This document shows, one piece after another, positions 37,387 to 48,159 of a DNA stretch of 64,000 nucleotides (position 1 is the first letter of the stretch; every line of letters starts with the position of its first letter). Position numbers and translations under genes: made by a program. The notes under the pieces were generated by a model. It searched no databases. It worked only from the letters and a program-made list of their open reading frames with translations, and was not told the origin of the DNA. Source of the stretch: Alphaproteobacteria bacterium (GTDB lineage Bacteria; Pseudomonadota; Alphaproteobacteria; GCA-2731375); NCBI GenBank assembly GCA_965232515.1, contig CBDDPY010000002.1:3424001-3488000 (forward strand), in the 5' to 3' direction.

Positions 37387-38274
37387 ATGACAAACACGAT
37401 TCAGGCGACCGGCGGCGGCGATCCGGTTGCGGCGTTCGAGGCGGCGCGGGATGCCGCGCGGCGCGCCAAACGATTGCAGACGGCTGCCGGCACCGCCCTC
37501 TTCGGGCTTGCGATCGCGGCGTCGGTCTATATCGGCGAGGTCCGGATCGACACCTTCGTCGAGGGCCTGCCGGGTTTCGCCAATTACCTGAACGACATCG
37601 CGCCGGTGCTGCGGCCGGGGCACCTGGCCGAGGACGTGGCGGAGTGGTACTGGGCGTTTCCCCGCTGGCTCGGTCTGCTCTGGGACACGGTGCTGATCGC
37701 TTTCGCCGGTACGCTGCTGGGCGGCATCGGCGCGCTCGTGTTCTGCTTCCCGGCCTCGCGCAACCTGATGCCGCACTATCCGGTCTATTTCGTCGCCCGC
37801 CGCCTGGCCGAGATCGCCCGCGCCGTACCGGAGCTAGTCTACGCGCTGATCTTCGTCTTCGCCTTCGGTCTGGGACCGCTGGCGGGCGTGCTGGCCATCG
37901 CCGTGCATACGGCCGGCGCGCTCGGCAAGCTGTTCGCCGAGGTCAATGAGAACGTCGACGCCAAACCGATCGAGGGCGTGATCGCGGCCGGCGGCAACTG
38001 GTTCCAGATGATCCGTTTCGCGGTGATCCCGCAGGTGCTGCCGAACTATACGAGCTACGGCCTGCTGCGCTTCGAGATCAACGTGCGTGGCGCGGCGGTG
38101 ATCGGTTTCGTCGGCGCCGGCGGCATCGGCCAGGAGCTGATGTTCGTGATCCGCGAGTTCATCTACACCGATGTCAGCGCGCTGGTGCTGATGATCGTCG
38201 CCGCCGTGGTCTGCATCGACATCTCCTGCGAGAAGCTGCGCCACTATCTGATCGGAGAGGAGGGCCTGTCGTGA
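37387..38274 (+). CDS. phnE: Phosphonate ABC permease
   Basis: RAVPELVYALIF, GLGPLAGVLAI, GKLFAEVNEN, RFEINVR, VGAGGIG. Confidence 0.92.
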   Translation: MTNTIQATGGGDPVAAFEAARDAARRAKRLQTAAGTALFGLAIAASVYIGEVRIDTFVEGLPGFANYLNDIAPVLRPGHLAEDVAEWYWAFPRWLGLLWDTVLIAFAGTLLGGIGALVFCFPASRNLMPHYPVYFVARRLAEIARAVPELVYALIFVFAFGLGPLAGVLAIAVHTAGALGKLFAEVNENVDAKPIEGVIAAGGNWFQMIRFAVIPQVLPNYTSYGLLRFEINVRGAAVIGFVGAGGIGQELMFVIREFIYTDVSALVLMIVAAVVCIDISCEKLRHYLIGEEGLS

Positions 38275-39131
38275 CGCCGTCCGCGAACGGCCCGTCCTCG
38301 ACTGCGGCCTTGCGTCAACGCCACCCGCAACTGTTCGGCAAGACGCCGGCCGAAAAGCTGCGCGACCGGCTGATCATCGCCGCCGTCGTCGCGTTCAGCA
38401 TTTACGCCCTCGGCGCGACGGGCTTCTTCGATCTGGACAAGATCTTCGGCGGCCTCGGCAAGCTTGGGCACGTGCTCGGCTTCATGCTGCCACCGGCGCA
38501 TAACGGCTATTTCTGGGATTTCATGGGCGGCATCTTCGAGACGCTCGCCATGGCCTTCCTGGGTACGCTGCTGGCGGCGATCATGGGCGTGCCGCTGGGG
38601 TTCCTGGGCGCCAAGAACGTGGTGCCGCAATGGGTATTCCATTTCGGCCTGCGCCGGTTTTTCGACGGCATCCGCGGAATCGACCAGCTGATCTGGGCGC
38701 TGATCTTCATCAACGTCGTCGGTCTGGGGCCGTTCGCCGGTATCCTGGCGATCGCCGTCGGCGATACCGGCACCTTCGGCAAGCTGTTCGCCGAGGCGAT
38801 CGAGAATATCGACAAGCGTCAGGTCGAAGGCGTACGCGCCGCCGGCGGCAACAAGATCCAGGTCATCCGCTTCGGCATGCTGCCGCAGGTGTTTCCGGTG
38901 ATCCTGAGTCAGGTGCTCTATTACTTTGAATCAAATACCCGTTCGGCGACCATTCTGGGCATCGTCGGCGCCGGCGGCATCGGCCTGCAGCTCTCCGACC
39001 GCATCCGCGTCTACAACTGGGACGAGGCCGCCTTCATCATCCTGATGATCCTGGTGACCGTCGCGATTATCGACGTCATCTCGCGGCACGTGCGCGAGCG
39101 TTTCATCGGTAAGACCGAATACCGGCCATAG
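38271..39131 (+). CDS. phnE: Phosphonate ABC permease, second copy
   Basis: GLGPFAGILAI, GKLFAEAIEN, YFESNTRSATILGIVGAGGIG. Confidence 0.92.
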   Translation: MTPSANGPSSTAALRQRHPQLFGKTPAEKLRDRLIIAAVVAFSIYALGATGFFDLDKIFGGLGKLGHVLGFMLPPAHNGYFWDFMGGIFETLAMAFLGTLLAAIMGVPLGFLGAKNVVPQWVFHFGLRRFFDGIRGIDQLIWALIFINVVGLGPFAGILAIAVGDTGTFGKLFAEAIENIDKRQVEGVRAAGGNKIQVIRFGMLPQVFPVILSQVLYYFESNTRSATILGIVGAGGIGLQLSDRIRVYNWDEAAFIILMILVTVAIIDVISRHVRERFIGKTEYRP

Positions 39132-39143
39132 GGCGGGGCGACG

Positions 39144-39440
39144 TTATGGCCCGCCGGGGCGCGAATCGATGATGTGCCGCTGGATATACTGATAGGTCCG
39201 GCGTTTCTGCTCCGCGGCGAACTGCTGGCGCATGCATTCGGAGAACGCCGGGGTTTCCGGCTCCAGGCCCCGTTCCCGACAGCTTTCCTCGAACCGTTCC
39301 TGAAGCGGGCGCGGCTCGGCGCAGCCCGCGATCAAGGCGACGGCGGCCAGCGCCACGATTCCCGCCGGGATCCGCCGAAATCGGCGTCCGGCCGGACCGA
39401 TCCAGGCGCGCGAACAACGATTTTGCATCGAGAGGCTCAT
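39144..39440 (-). CDS. Small putative lipoprotein
   Basis: Arg-rich then hydrophobic leader ending in lipobox IAGC. Mature part has CRERGLEPETPAFSEC. Start uncertain. Confidence 0.6.
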   Translation of the reverse strand: MSLSMQNRCSRAWIGPAGRRFRRIPAGIVALAAVALIAGCAEPRPLQERFEESCRERGLEPETPAFSECMRQQFAAEQKRRTYQYIQRHIIDSRPGGP

Positions 39441-39601
39441 TTCGGCGGCTAGCTGGTATATGGCGACGACGATCCGGCATTCCCAGGCCCGCCGCGTTGA
39501 CCGGTATCAAACGCCGCCGTCAAAGCCTATGTCCGGCCGTTTAGCTGACATAGAATTGGCCTGGGTTAACTCTCGCGGGACACGACGCCAGGACGGCCGC
39601 C

Positions 39602-42600
39602 TTGAACCTGATCTGCGAAGCCTGCGCCTACGCCAATCCGCCGAACCACCGTTTCTGCGGCCAATGCGGCGCCGCCTTGACGGCGGCGCCCGAGCATCGG
39701 CGCGCATCGCCGGTCGATGGCGAGGCCGACACGACGCCATCGGACTTGCGTCGCGCGCTGGGCGGCGAGCGGAAACAGTTGACCGTCATGTTCGTCGAGA
39801 TCGTCGATAACGCCACACAGGGCGGCGACATCGATCCCGAACAGACGGCACGCCGTGTCGAGCAGGCCATCGGCCTGATGAAAACCGCCGCGCACCGCTA
39901 TGACGGCACGGTCAACCGGGTGCATGGCGAGGGCATGATGGCGCTGTTCGGCGCGCCGGTCGCACACGAGGATCACGCCGCGCGCGCCTGTTTCGCGGCG
40001 CTCGACATGCAGGAGGCGCTTGGCGGCAACGCGCTGCGCATTGGCCTCAATTCCGGCCCGGTAATGGTGCGGACGCTGGATACCGGGCTGTCGGCCAGCT
40101 ACGACGCCATGGGCCCGGCCGTGCATCTGGCCGCCCGCATGGGACAGCTGGCGCAGCCCGGCACGGTCTGCGCGACGCAGAGCACGGTGCTGCTGGCGCA
40201 GGGATTTATCGACGCCCGCCCGATCGGTCCGGTCAAGGTCAAGGGTCTGAGCGGCACCGTCGACGCCTTCGAGGTGACGGGCGGGGCCCGCATGCGCACG
40301 CCATGGCAGGCCCGGGCCCGGCATGGCCTGGCGAATTTCGTCAACCGCACGGCGGAGCTCGACGCGCTCGACGGCGCGCTCGACAGCGCGCTGTCGCGCC
40401 GCGGTCGCGTCGTCACGCTGATCGGCGAGCCGGGCATCGGCAAGTCGCGGCTGGTGCACGAGTTCACCCGCTCGGCGGCCGCGCGACACTGGACCGTGCA
40501 TGTCTGCGGCGGCACGCCGCACAGCAAGACGAGCGCGCATCTGCCGATCGGCGCCCTGCTCCGCTCCTGGTTCAGCCTGGAAGACGGCGACAGCGGCGAC
40601 GACGCCGCGCTGAAGGTGCGCGCCAAGATAAGCGCCCTCGACCGCCGGCTGCGGCCGCAACTGCCGGCGATCTATGCCGTTCTGGGCCTGCCCGCGACGG
40701 ACTCGACGTTCCTGTCGCTGGGGCCGGAGCAACGGCGCGACCGGATCGTCAATGCGGTCAGCGACATTTTCCTGCGCGAGGCCGAGCTGCATCCGCTGAT
40801 CCTGGTGTTCGAGGACCTGCACTGGATGGATTCGCTGACCCGGCTGGTCATCGACCGGCTGACGGCGCAACTGGCGATGGCGCGCATCCTGCTGCTGGCG
40901 ACGAGCCGGCCCGAGTTCGACGACACCTGGGCCGGCGCGGCGCATTATCAACGCCTGCAGCTCGATCCGCTGGACGACGACGCGGCGGCGGCGCTGCTCG
41001 ACGGACTGATCGGCCGGGACGCCGATCTGGAGCCGCTGAAGACGTTCCTGTCGCTGCGCGGCGAAGGCCTGCCGCTTTACCTGGAGGAAGCCATCCTGGC
41101 CCTGGTGGAGACCGGCGCGCTGGCCGGCAGCCATGGCGACTACCGCCTGGTATCCGAGTTCAAGACCACCGACGTGCCGGCCCGGCTGCACGCCATCCTG
41201 GCGGCCCGTATCGATCGCCTGTCGTTCGAGCACAAGCAGCTGCTGCAAACCGCCTCGGTGATCGGCAATAGCGTACCGCTGGACCTGCTGGCGCCGATGA
41301 GCGGTCTGTCCGACGGTCGTTTGAAGCAGGTCCTGGCCGACCTGCAGGCGGGCGATTTCATCCACGCCGACGCCGCCGCGCCGGAGCGCGCTTGCGCCTT
41401 CAAGCACGCGCTGATCCGCGACGTCGCCTATGACAGCGTGCTGCTGGACAAGCGCCGCGACCTGCATGCCGAGCTGGTGGACGTGATCGAAGTGGCGCAC
41501 GCAGACGCGCTCGACGCCCAGGTCGAGCTGCTGGCATTTCACGCCGAGCGCGGCGAGAAATGGCGCAAGGCCGTGACCTATCTGGACCGGGCGGCGAGCA
41601 AGGCCTTCGAGCGCACGGCGCTGGGCGAATCCGCGCAGCTGGCGCAGCAGGCGATCGAGATCCTGGACCGCCTGCCCGACGATTCCTGGAAGGCCGAACA
41701 GGCGATCGATCTGCGCCTCAAGGCGCGGACGGCGTTGAGCCCGACCGGGCGGCTGGACCTCGCCAATCATTACCTGGCCGAAGCCGAGACGCTGGCCGAG
41801 GCCGCCGCCGACGCCCGACGGCTGGCGCTGATCAATATCTCGAAAACGCAAGTGTTGAACTACGAGGGCAACGTGGAGGAGGCGATCGCGGCCGGTCATC
41901 GCGCCTGCGCCGCCGCCGGCCGCGTCGGCGACGAGAATATCCGCGTCGTCGCCGAGTTCTTCCTGTCGCAGGCGCATTTCTTCCACGGCGACTACCGGCG
42001 CACGATCGAGATCCTGACGCCCAATGCCGATCTGTTGTTGCGCGCCAAGTTCGCGCCACGGCTCGGCACCACGGGCACCGGCGCCGTGCTGTGTCTGATG
42101 ACACTGGCCCGCGCGCACGCCTTTATCGGCGAATTCGAGAACGCCTTCGCGCATGCCCGTTCGGCCTGGCGGGCGGCCGAGGAGGTCGACCGTCCGTTCG
42201 ATCAGGGGCTGGCCTGCCACGGCTGGGGCGTGGCGGCGCTGACCGCCGGGCAGTTGTCCGAGGCGGCCGAGGTCCTGAATCGCGGCCTGGAAATCTGTCA
42301 GACGCACGGCTTCCGCTCGCAATATCCCCTGCTGGCCGGGCCGCTGGGCTACACATTCGCGCTGCAGGGCGCGCACGCGGCGGCATTGCCGCTGTTGGAG
42401 AGCTCGGTCGCCGAATCGACGCAGGCCAACCTGATCTTCTTCGAAGCCTGGAGCACCGGCCTGCTGGCCGCCGCGCATCGGCTTGCCGGCGACGACGACC
42501 GGGCGTTGACCCGGGGGCGGCGGGCGCTGTCGCTGGCCGAAGAGCGCCGGTACGAATGGCTGAAGGTCTGGCTCTACCGCATGCTTGGCCGGCTGACGAC

Positions 42601-42841
42601 GACACGGGCGCGGATGCCCGACGACGCGCTAAACCATCTGACCACGGCCCGCGACCTGGCGAACCGGCTGGAGATGCTGCCCGATCTGGCGCACTGCCAT
42701 CTCGCGCTGGCCGAGCACTTCACCGCGGCCGGACAGCATGCCGATGCGCAACGCGAGCTGGCCATGGCGCGCCGGCTCTACGACCGGCTGGGCATGACCC
42801 ACTGGTCGCCGCAGCTCAGCCGGATCGCAGGCGCAGACTAA
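39602..42841 (+). CDS. Zinc-ribbon + class III nucleotide cyclase-like + AAA/STAND ATPase + TPR-like protein
   Basis: CEAC...CGQC, ERKQLTVMF...ALFGAPVAHEDHA...RIGLNSG...VHLAARM, Walker A GEPGIGKS, Walker B LVFEDLHW, FKHALIRDVAY, helical repeats. Confidence 0.9.
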   Translation: MNLICEACAYANPPNHRFCGQCGAALTAAPEHRRASPVDGEADTTPSDLRRALGGERKQLTVMFVEIVDNATQGGDIDPEQTARRVEQAIGLMKTAAHRYDGTVNRVHGEGMMALFGAPVAHEDHAARACFAALDMQEALGGNALRIGLNSGPVMVRTLDTGLSASYDAMGPAVHLAARMGQLAQPGTVCATQSTVLLAQGFIDARPIGPVKVKGLSGTVDAFEVTGGARMRTPWQARARHGLANFVNRTAELDALDGALDSALSRRGRVVTLIGEPGIGKSRLVHEFTRSAAARHWTVHVCGGTPHSKTSAHLPIGALLRSWFSLEDGDSGDDAALKVRAKISALDRRLRPQLPAIYAVLGLPATDSTFLSLGPEQRRDRIVNAVSDIFLREAELHPLILVFEDLHWMDSLTRLVIDRLTAQLAMARILLLATSRPEFDDTWAGAAHYQRLQLDPLDDDAAAALLDGLIGRDADLEPLKTFLSLRGEGLPLYLEEAILALVETGALAGSHGDYRLVSEFKTTDVPARLHAILAARIDRLSFEHKQLLQTASVIGNSVPLDLLAPMSGLSDGRLKQVLADLQAGDFIHADAAAPERACAFKHALIRDVAYDSVLLDKRRDLHAELVDVIEVAHADALDAQVELLAFHAERGEKWRKAVTYLDRAASKAFERTALGESAQLAQQAIEILDRLPDDSWKAEQAIDLRLKARTALSPTGRLDLANHYLAEAETLAEAAADARRLALINISKTQVLNYEGNVEEAIAAGHRACAAAGRVGDENIRVVAEFFLSQAHFFHGDYRRTIEILTPNADLLLRAKFAPRLGTTGTGAVLCLMTLARAHAFIGEFENAFAHARSAWRAAEEVDRPFDQGLACHGWGVAALTAGQLSEAAEVLNRGLEICQTHGFRSQYPLLAGPLGYTFALQGAHAAALPLLESSVAESTQANLIFFEAWSTGLLAAAHRLAGDDDRALTRGRRALSLAEERRYEWLKVWLYRMLGRLTTTRARMPDDALNHLTTARDLANRLEMLPDLAHCHLALAEHFTAAGQHADAQRELAMARRLYDRLGMTHWSPQLSRIAGAD

Positions 42842-42878
42842 CCCGCTCAGAGACCCCGGGCGGTCCGTCAGGTTCTGA

Positions 42879-43490
42879 CTAGACGGATTGACCGGCCATG
42901 GCGCGGCCGAACGCGCCGCCGCCCGGCGGACGTTCGTTGGTGTTCCACTGGCACGGCGCGGCCATGTCGCAAGCCACCGGGATGCCCCAGATGAACGGCG
43001 CCGGCGGTCCGTAGGCGTCGCCCAACCGCGCCTTGGTCTGGAAGAACAGCTCGCCGGAATACTTCGCCCGGCCGGCCGAGCGCGAATCCTCGGGCTCGTG
43101 GTGCAGGAAGAAGCCGATCTTGTCGCTGAACGCCTGGTAATCCCGCGTGCGCAGGATGAACTGATGCCAGGCCATGTCGACCTTTGCCGCCGGCACATAG
43201 ACGTTGTATTCCCGAGTCGCCGCGATCTCCTTGTTCGCTTTCGGCGGAAACAGGATCGGCAGCGACAAAAAGCGCTTCAGCTCGCGAACAATGGTGCCGC
43301 ATTCTTCCGGCAGGATAAGTCCCATGCCGTCGGCGACCAGCGTATTCTCGACATAGGAAAGGTCATGCTCCTCGATGACCTTTAATTTCGCCGTCATGTC
43401 GTTGAAACGGCGCTTATCACCCCGCTTCGAATAGTAGCGCGATTCGAAGTCCTTCAGTAATCCGAGTGGCCCGAGTCCGAAATCCGACAT
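42879..43490 (-). CDS. Hypothetical protein with a glycine-rich-domain-protein (GRDP/DUF1399-like) core
   Basis: ELKRFL...VP..KVDMAWHQFILRTRDY..F..KIGFFLHHEP...FFQT...YG..P..W. AGGGG RBS. Lower-GC composition. Confidence 0.65.
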   Translation of the reverse strand: MSDFGLGPLGLLKDFESRYYSKRGDKRRFNDMTAKLKVIEEHDLSYVENTLVADGMGLILPEECGTIVRELKRFLSLPILFPPKANKEIAATREYNVYVPAAKVDMAWHQFILRTRDYQAFSDKIGFFLHHEPEDSRSAGRAKYSGELFFQTKARLGDAYGPPAPFIWGIPVACDMAAPCQWNTNERPPGGGAFGRAMAGQSV

Positions 43491-43586
43491 TCATATCCCC
43501 CTGATGACGTCGTAAAGGGGGTCAGTATATTCGCGCGCGTTAACCATGAATAGTACAACTCGCACGATTTGAGAAAAAACTACGCT

Positions 43587-45125
43587 TTAGGCCCGAATTC
43601 GCAACCCCTCGGGACTTGAGGCATAGCCGGTAAGCGTGCGTTCAGCGTAGGTCTGGCGCCAGGACAGCATCTTCTGAGCGTATTCCAGTACTTTCGGCGC
43701 CATGCTCGGATCGTTCGCCAGGTTGCGGAACTGGTTCGGATCGGTCGAGAGATCGAAGAACAGCGGCGGCAGCGATGCGAAGTGCACGTATTTGTACTTC
43801 TCGTCCTGAATGACGGCGAGCGCGCACTGGTCCATGTGCAGGCCGAGCGCCGATTCGGGCTTGCTGTAGAAGATATCCCGGTAGTCGAACTCGTAATGAA
43901 CTTCCGCGCGCCAGTCGGCCGGCGGCGCATCGTGGCAGAACGGCAGCAGCGAACGGCCGTCGCACTGGCGCGGGATCTCGGCGCCAAGCCAGGACAGGAT
44001 CGTCGGCATGGTGTCGATGGTTTCGGTGAAGCGGTCGACGATGGTGCCGCGCGTGCCGTCGGCCGCCTGCGCGGGATCGCGAATGATCATGGGGATGCGA
44101 TAGGACTGATCGAAATAGCCGAGCTTGCCCAGCAGATAGTGGTCGCCAAGCTGCTCGCCGTGATCGCAGGTGAAGACGATCAGGGTGTCGTCCCACTGCC
44201 CGGTCTCCTTCAGATGCGTGAAGATCCGGCCGAGCTGATCGTCGATCTCGCACATCAGGCCATAGTACGTGGCCCGCATCTGCCGCACGTCGGCCTCCGA
44301 CATGTCGCGGGCAAGGCCGACGCCGTCGCGGAAGAAACCGCTCTGCGCCACGTCGTTGAGATAGAACGACAGCAACGGATGCTGCTCGGCCTCGCCCTGC
44401 CAGTCGTCACCGCGCACCGGCGGCGGCATGTCGGCAGCGTCGTACATGGCATGGTACGGCGCCGGCGCGATGAATGGCGGATGCGGCCGGTAATAGCCGA
44501 GATGCAGCAGCCAGGGATTATCGCCGCGGGCCTTCAAATAAGTCAGCCCGCGTTCGGTGAACCAGGCCGTGTCGGACAGCTCGGCCGGAATGCGCGAATG
44601 CCGGGCGGTGGCGCCGCGCTGATCCGTCGCCTCGCCCGCCGGCAGCCAGATATCGGCGCGGTCGTCCGGCAACGCGAAACCCTTGCTGGCGACCCAGCCG
44701 AAATAGCCCTCCATGTAGGGCTCGAACGTGCCGACGGGCCGCCAGCCGTCCATCAGGTCACCGAGGACCTTGAAGCGCGGATCGTCGGCCGCAGTAATGC
44801 GCGGATCGGGCGTGGTCGTGGTGTAGCCGACCAGCGCCGCGTCGTAGCCGGCCTTGCGGGCCTCCAGCGCCAGGTTGGTATGCCGGGAATCCAGCGGGAT
44901 CGTGTTCTGCACCGCCCGGTGATTCATCATGTACATGCCGGTCAGCAGCGAGGCCCGGCCGGGGCCGCAGGGCACGGCCTGGGTGAAGTGGTTGCGAAAG
45001 GTCACCCCCTCGGCGCAGAGCATGTCGAGGTTCGGTGTTCGCAGTAGCGGGTCGCCGAGCTTCGACAGGATATCGCCGCGCCATTGGTCGACGACGATTA
45101 GCAGAACGTTCTTCCGGGCCGTCAT
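43587..45125 (-). CDS. pehA: Phosphonate monoester hydrolase/phosphodiesterase (alkaline phosphatase-sulfatase superfamily, PehA-like)
   Basis: RKNVLLIVVDQWR, PCGPGRASLLTG (Cys to formylglycine motif), NHRAVQN, GYTTTTPDPR, YRPHPPF, CDHGEQLGDHYLLGK. GGAG RBS before ATG 45125. Confidence 0.88.
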   Translation of the reverse strand: MTARKNVLLIVVDQWRGDILSKLGDPLLRTPNLDMLCAEGVTFRNHFTQAVPCGPGRASLLTGMYMMNHRAVQNTIPLDSRHTNLALEARKAGYDAALVGYTTTTPDPRITAADDPRFKVLGDLMDGWRPVGTFEPYMEGYFGWVASKGFALPDDRADIWLPAGEATDQRGATARHSRIPAELSDTAWFTERGLTYLKARGDNPWLLHLGYYRPHPPFIAPAPYHAMYDAADMPPPVRGDDWQGEAEQHPLLSFYLNDVAQSGFFRDGVGLARDMSEADVRQMRATYYGLMCEIDDQLGRIFTHLKETGQWDDTLIVFTCDHGEQLGDHYLLGKLGYFDQSYRIPMIIRDPAQAADGTRGTIVDRFTETIDTMPTILSWLGAEIPRQCDGRSLLPFCHDAPPADWRAEVHYEFDYRDIFYSKPESALGLHMDQCALAVIQDEKYKYVHFASLPPLFFDLSTDPNQFRNLANDPSMAPKVLEYAQKMLSWRQTYAERTLTGYASSPEGLRIRA

Positions 45126-45150
45126 AGGGGTACTCCTCCAGACATCGGCG

Positions 45151-46239
45151 TCAGTTGATCCGTGTGCCGTGCTCGGCATCGAACAAGTGTATGCACGCGC
45201 GGTCAATGCGCAGCGGCAGTTGCTCGCCCGCCTGCACCCGGACGATGCCGGGCAGGCGGACCGTCAGGTCGTGGCCGGCGGCGGCGCCGTCATGCGCCAG
45301 CGCGCCGTGCACCAGCGTATCGGCGCCGAGCGGCTCGACCATGGTGGCGGTGACGTGCAGGTCGGCCTCGCCGCCGCCGCAGAGCGCGATATGCTCGGGC
45401 CGGATGCCGGCCGTGGCCGCGCCGCCGCCGGCCGCGGCGCCGTTGCCATTCAGCATCAGCTCGCCCGAGCCGTTCAGGCGCACGACGCGGCCGTCGCCGG
45501 TGACCTCGCAGGCGAGGAAGTTCATGGCCGGCGAACCGATAAAGCCGGCGACATAGGCCGAGGCCGGATATTCGTAGATGTCGAGCGGCGCGCCGACCTG
45601 CTCAGCGACGCCGGAATTCATCACGATCAGCTTGTCGGCCATGGTCATGGCTTCGACCTGATCGTGCGTGACATAGACGCTGGTCGCCTTGAGCTCGTGG
45701 TGCAGCTTCTTGATCTCGAGCCGCATCTGCACGCGCAGCTTGGCGTCGAGGTTGGAGAGCGGTTCATCGAACAGGAACACGGCCGGATCGCGCACGATGG
45801 CCCGGCCCATGGCGACGCGCTGACGCTGTCCGCCGGACAATTGCCGCGGCTTGCGGTCCATCAGGTCGCTGAGCTGCAGGATCTCGGCCGCGCGTTGCAG
45901 CCGTTCGGCGACATCGCGTTTCGACAGCCGGCGCAGGCGCAAGCCGAACGACATGTTCTGCGCCACGGTCATGTGCGGATAGAGCGCGTAGTTCTGAAAC
46001 ACCATGGCGATGTCGCGGTCCTTCGGCTCGACCTCGTTGACGATGCGGCCGTCGATGGCGATGTCGCCCGACGTGATCGCCTCGAGCCCGGCGATCATCC
46101 GCAGCAGCGTCGACTTGCCACAGCCGGACGGGCCGACGATGACCACGAACTCGCCGTCGCGGATGAAGACGCTGACGCCGTGAATGACCTCCGTATTGCC
46201 ATAGGACTTATGAACGGCGCGGATCTCGACATCGGCCAT
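45151..46239 (-). CDS. ugpC: sn-glycerol-3-phosphate-type ABC ATPase
   Basis: [55 protein letters not shown]. Real start MADVEI at 46239. Confidence 0.92.
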   Translation of the reverse strand: MADVEIRAVHKSYGNTEVIHGVSVFIRDGEFVVIVGPSGCGKSTLLRMIAGLEAITSGDIAIDGRIVNEVEPKDRDIAMVFQNYALYPHMTVAQNMSFGLRLRRLSKRDVAERLQRAAEILQLSDLMDRKPRQLSGGQRQRVAMGRAIVRDPAVFLFDEPLSNLDAKLRVQMRLEIKKLHHELKATSVYVTHDQVEAMTMADKLIVMNSGVAEQVGAPLDIYEYPASAYVAGFIGSPAMNFLACEVTGDGRVVRLNGSGELMLNGNGAAAGGGAATAGIRPEHIALCGGGEADLHVTATMVEPLGADTLVHGALAHDGAAAGHDLTVRLPGIVRVQAGEQLPLRIDRACIHLFDAEHGTRIN

Positions 46240-46253
46240 GGGCCATTCCTTTC

Positions 46254-47171
46254 CTATTTCTCGGCGTCGACCAATCCCTTGACGAACCAGCGCTGCAGCA
46301 ACAGCACGACGGCAACCGGCGGCAGCGTCGCCAGGATCGCCGTCGCCATGGTCAGGTTCCATTGCGCGTCGGCGTCCTCGGTCGGCAGCGTTCGGGCGAC
46401 GCCGATCACCACGGTGGTCATGTCGGGATCGGTCGTGATCAGAAGCGGCCAGAGGTATTGGTTCCAGCCGAAGATGAAGAGGATCACCGCCAGCGCCGCC
46501 ATGCTGGTGGTCGACATCGGCAGCAGGATGCGGAAGAAGAACCGCATCGGTCCGGCGCCGTCGATCTTGGCCGCCTCGCACAGCTCTTCCGGTACGGTCA
46601 GAAAGAACTGACGGAACAGGAAGGTCGCGGTGGCGGACGCGATCAGCGGCAGGATCAGGCCGGTATAGGAATCGAGCAGGCTCCATTCCAGATTGATGTC
46701 GATCGTGTGCCCGGCGAACCAGCCGGCGATCTGTTGGACCGCCAGCAACTCGAGGATCGCCTGGAACGGCGCGAGCGCGTTGGCCGCGACCTCGAAGGTC
46801 GGCACGATGCGCACCTCGACCGGCAGCATCAGCGTGATGAAGATCAGCCAGAACGCCGTCATCCGGAACCGGAAGCGGAAATAGGTGATGGCGAAGGCCG
46901 AGAGCAGCGAGATCGCGATCTTGCCGACGGTGACGCCGACCGCCATGACGCCGGAATTGAACAGCTGCCGGCCCAGCCCTTCCTTGTTCCAGGCGTTGGC
47001 CAGGTTCTCGAACAGATGCCCGCCGGGCAGCAGGTAGACGGCGTCGCTTTCGCTGCCGTCGGGCATGGAGGCGACGATCACGGCGTAGTAGATCGGCATG
47101 CAGACGATGATCGCGCCGGCGATCAGCGCGCCGTAGGTCAGCCGGTCGAACCAGTGCGCGCGTTCGATCAT
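46254..47171 (-). CDS. ugpE: Glycerol-3-phosphate-type ABC permease
   Basis: [69 protein letters not shown]. Confidence 0.92.
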   Translation of the reverse strand: MIERAHWFDRLTYGALIAGAIIVCMPIYYAVIVASMPDGSESDAVYLLPGGHLFENLANAWNKEGLGRQLFNSGVMAVGVTVGKIAISLLSAFAITYFRFRFRMTAFWLIFITLMLPVEVRIVPTFEVAANALAPFQAILELLAVQQIAGWFAGHTIDINLEWSLLDSYTGLILPLIASATATFLFRQFFLTVPEELCEAAKIDGAGPMRFFFRILLPMSTTSMAALAVILFIFGWNQYLWPLLITTDPDMTTVVIGVARTLPTEDADAQWNLTMATAILATLPPVAVVLLLQRWFVKGLVDAEK

Positions 47172-47186
47172 GACCGGTAGCCCGCG

Positions 47187-48071
47187 TCAGGCATAGCTGA
47201 CCCGACGCTCGATGTAGCGGAACTGCAGGACGGTGAGCGCGATGACGATGAACATCAGGATCACCGACTGGGCCGACGAGGCGCCGAGGTCCTGGTTCTC
47301 GAACCCGTCGGTGTAAACCTTGAACACCAGCGTGTTGGTGGCGCCGGCGGGACCGCCGCCCGTGACGGCGTGGATGATGCCGAAGGTGTCGAAGAAGGCG
47401 TAGACGATGTTGATGACGATCAGGAAGAACGTGGTCGGCGACAACAGCGGGATCACCACGTACCAGAGCCGCTTGCCCGGCCCGGCGCCGTCGATGGCGG
47501 CGGCCTCGATCAGGCTTTTCGGGATCGCCTGCAGGCCGGCCAGAAAGAACACGAAGTTGTAGCTGATCTGCTTCCAGGCGGCGGCGACGACGACCAGCGT
47601 CATGGCATGCGCGCCGTTCAGCAGCGGATCCCAATCAACACCCATCGCGATCAGCATGCCCGCGACCGAGCCGAAGGTCGGGTGGAACAGGAAGATCCAC
47701 AGCGCGCCGGCGACGGCGGGCGCGACGGCATAGGGCCAGATCAGCGCCGACTTGAAGGCCAGCACGCCACGGATGGCCCGGTCGGCGAACACCGCCATGA
47801 CGAAACCGGAGAGCAGCGCCGCCGCCGTGGTGAGCCCGCTGAACACCAGCGTCACCAGAATCGAGTCGTAGTATTCCGGGCTGACCAGCAGGGTCTGGAA
47901 GTTCTCGAGGCCGACGAAAATCTGCGTCGCGCCGAACGGATCGCTCAGAAAGAAGCTCTGATAGACCGCCTGCCCGGCCGGCCAGAAAAAGAACACGGCG
48001 AGGATCAGCAGCTGCGGCGTCAGCAGCAGGTAGGGCAGCGACTTGTTCGAAAAAGTGACGCGCTTGATCAC
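47187..48071 (-). CDS. ugpA: Glycerol-3-phosphate-type ABC permease
   Basis: [57 protein letters not shown]. Confidence 0.92.
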   Translation of the reverse strand: MIKRVTFSNKSLPYLLLTPQLLILAVFFFWPAGQAVYQSFFLSDPFGATQIFVGLENFQTLLVSPEYYDSILVTLVFSGLTTAAALLSGFVMAVFADRAIRGVLAFKSALIWPYAVAPAVAGALWIFLFHPTFGSVAGMLIAMGVDWDPLLNGAHAMTLVVVAAAWKQISYNFVFFLAGLQAIPKSLIEAAAIDGAGPGKRLWYVVIPLLSPTTFFLIVINIVYAFFDTFGIIHAVTGGGPAGATNTLVFKVYTDGFENQDLGASSAQSVILMFIVIALTVLQFRYIERRVSYA

Positions 48072-48159
48072 GTCTCGATCCCCAAGACGTCGATGGCCGG
48101 CGGAACGCCGACGGCTCCGGCGGCGACCGCCGCCGGAGCCTCAATGCGATAGCCTCGCG

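Noticed and set aside
39566-42478. 970-aa minus-strand ORF
   Set aside because: Shadow of the plus-strand cyclase-STAND gene.
46240-47634. Apparent N-terminal extension making an 827-aa UgpC fusion
   Set aside because: The extension overlaps ugpE and ugpA in another frame and is low-complexity. UgpC has its own start at 46239 with an AGGAA RBS.
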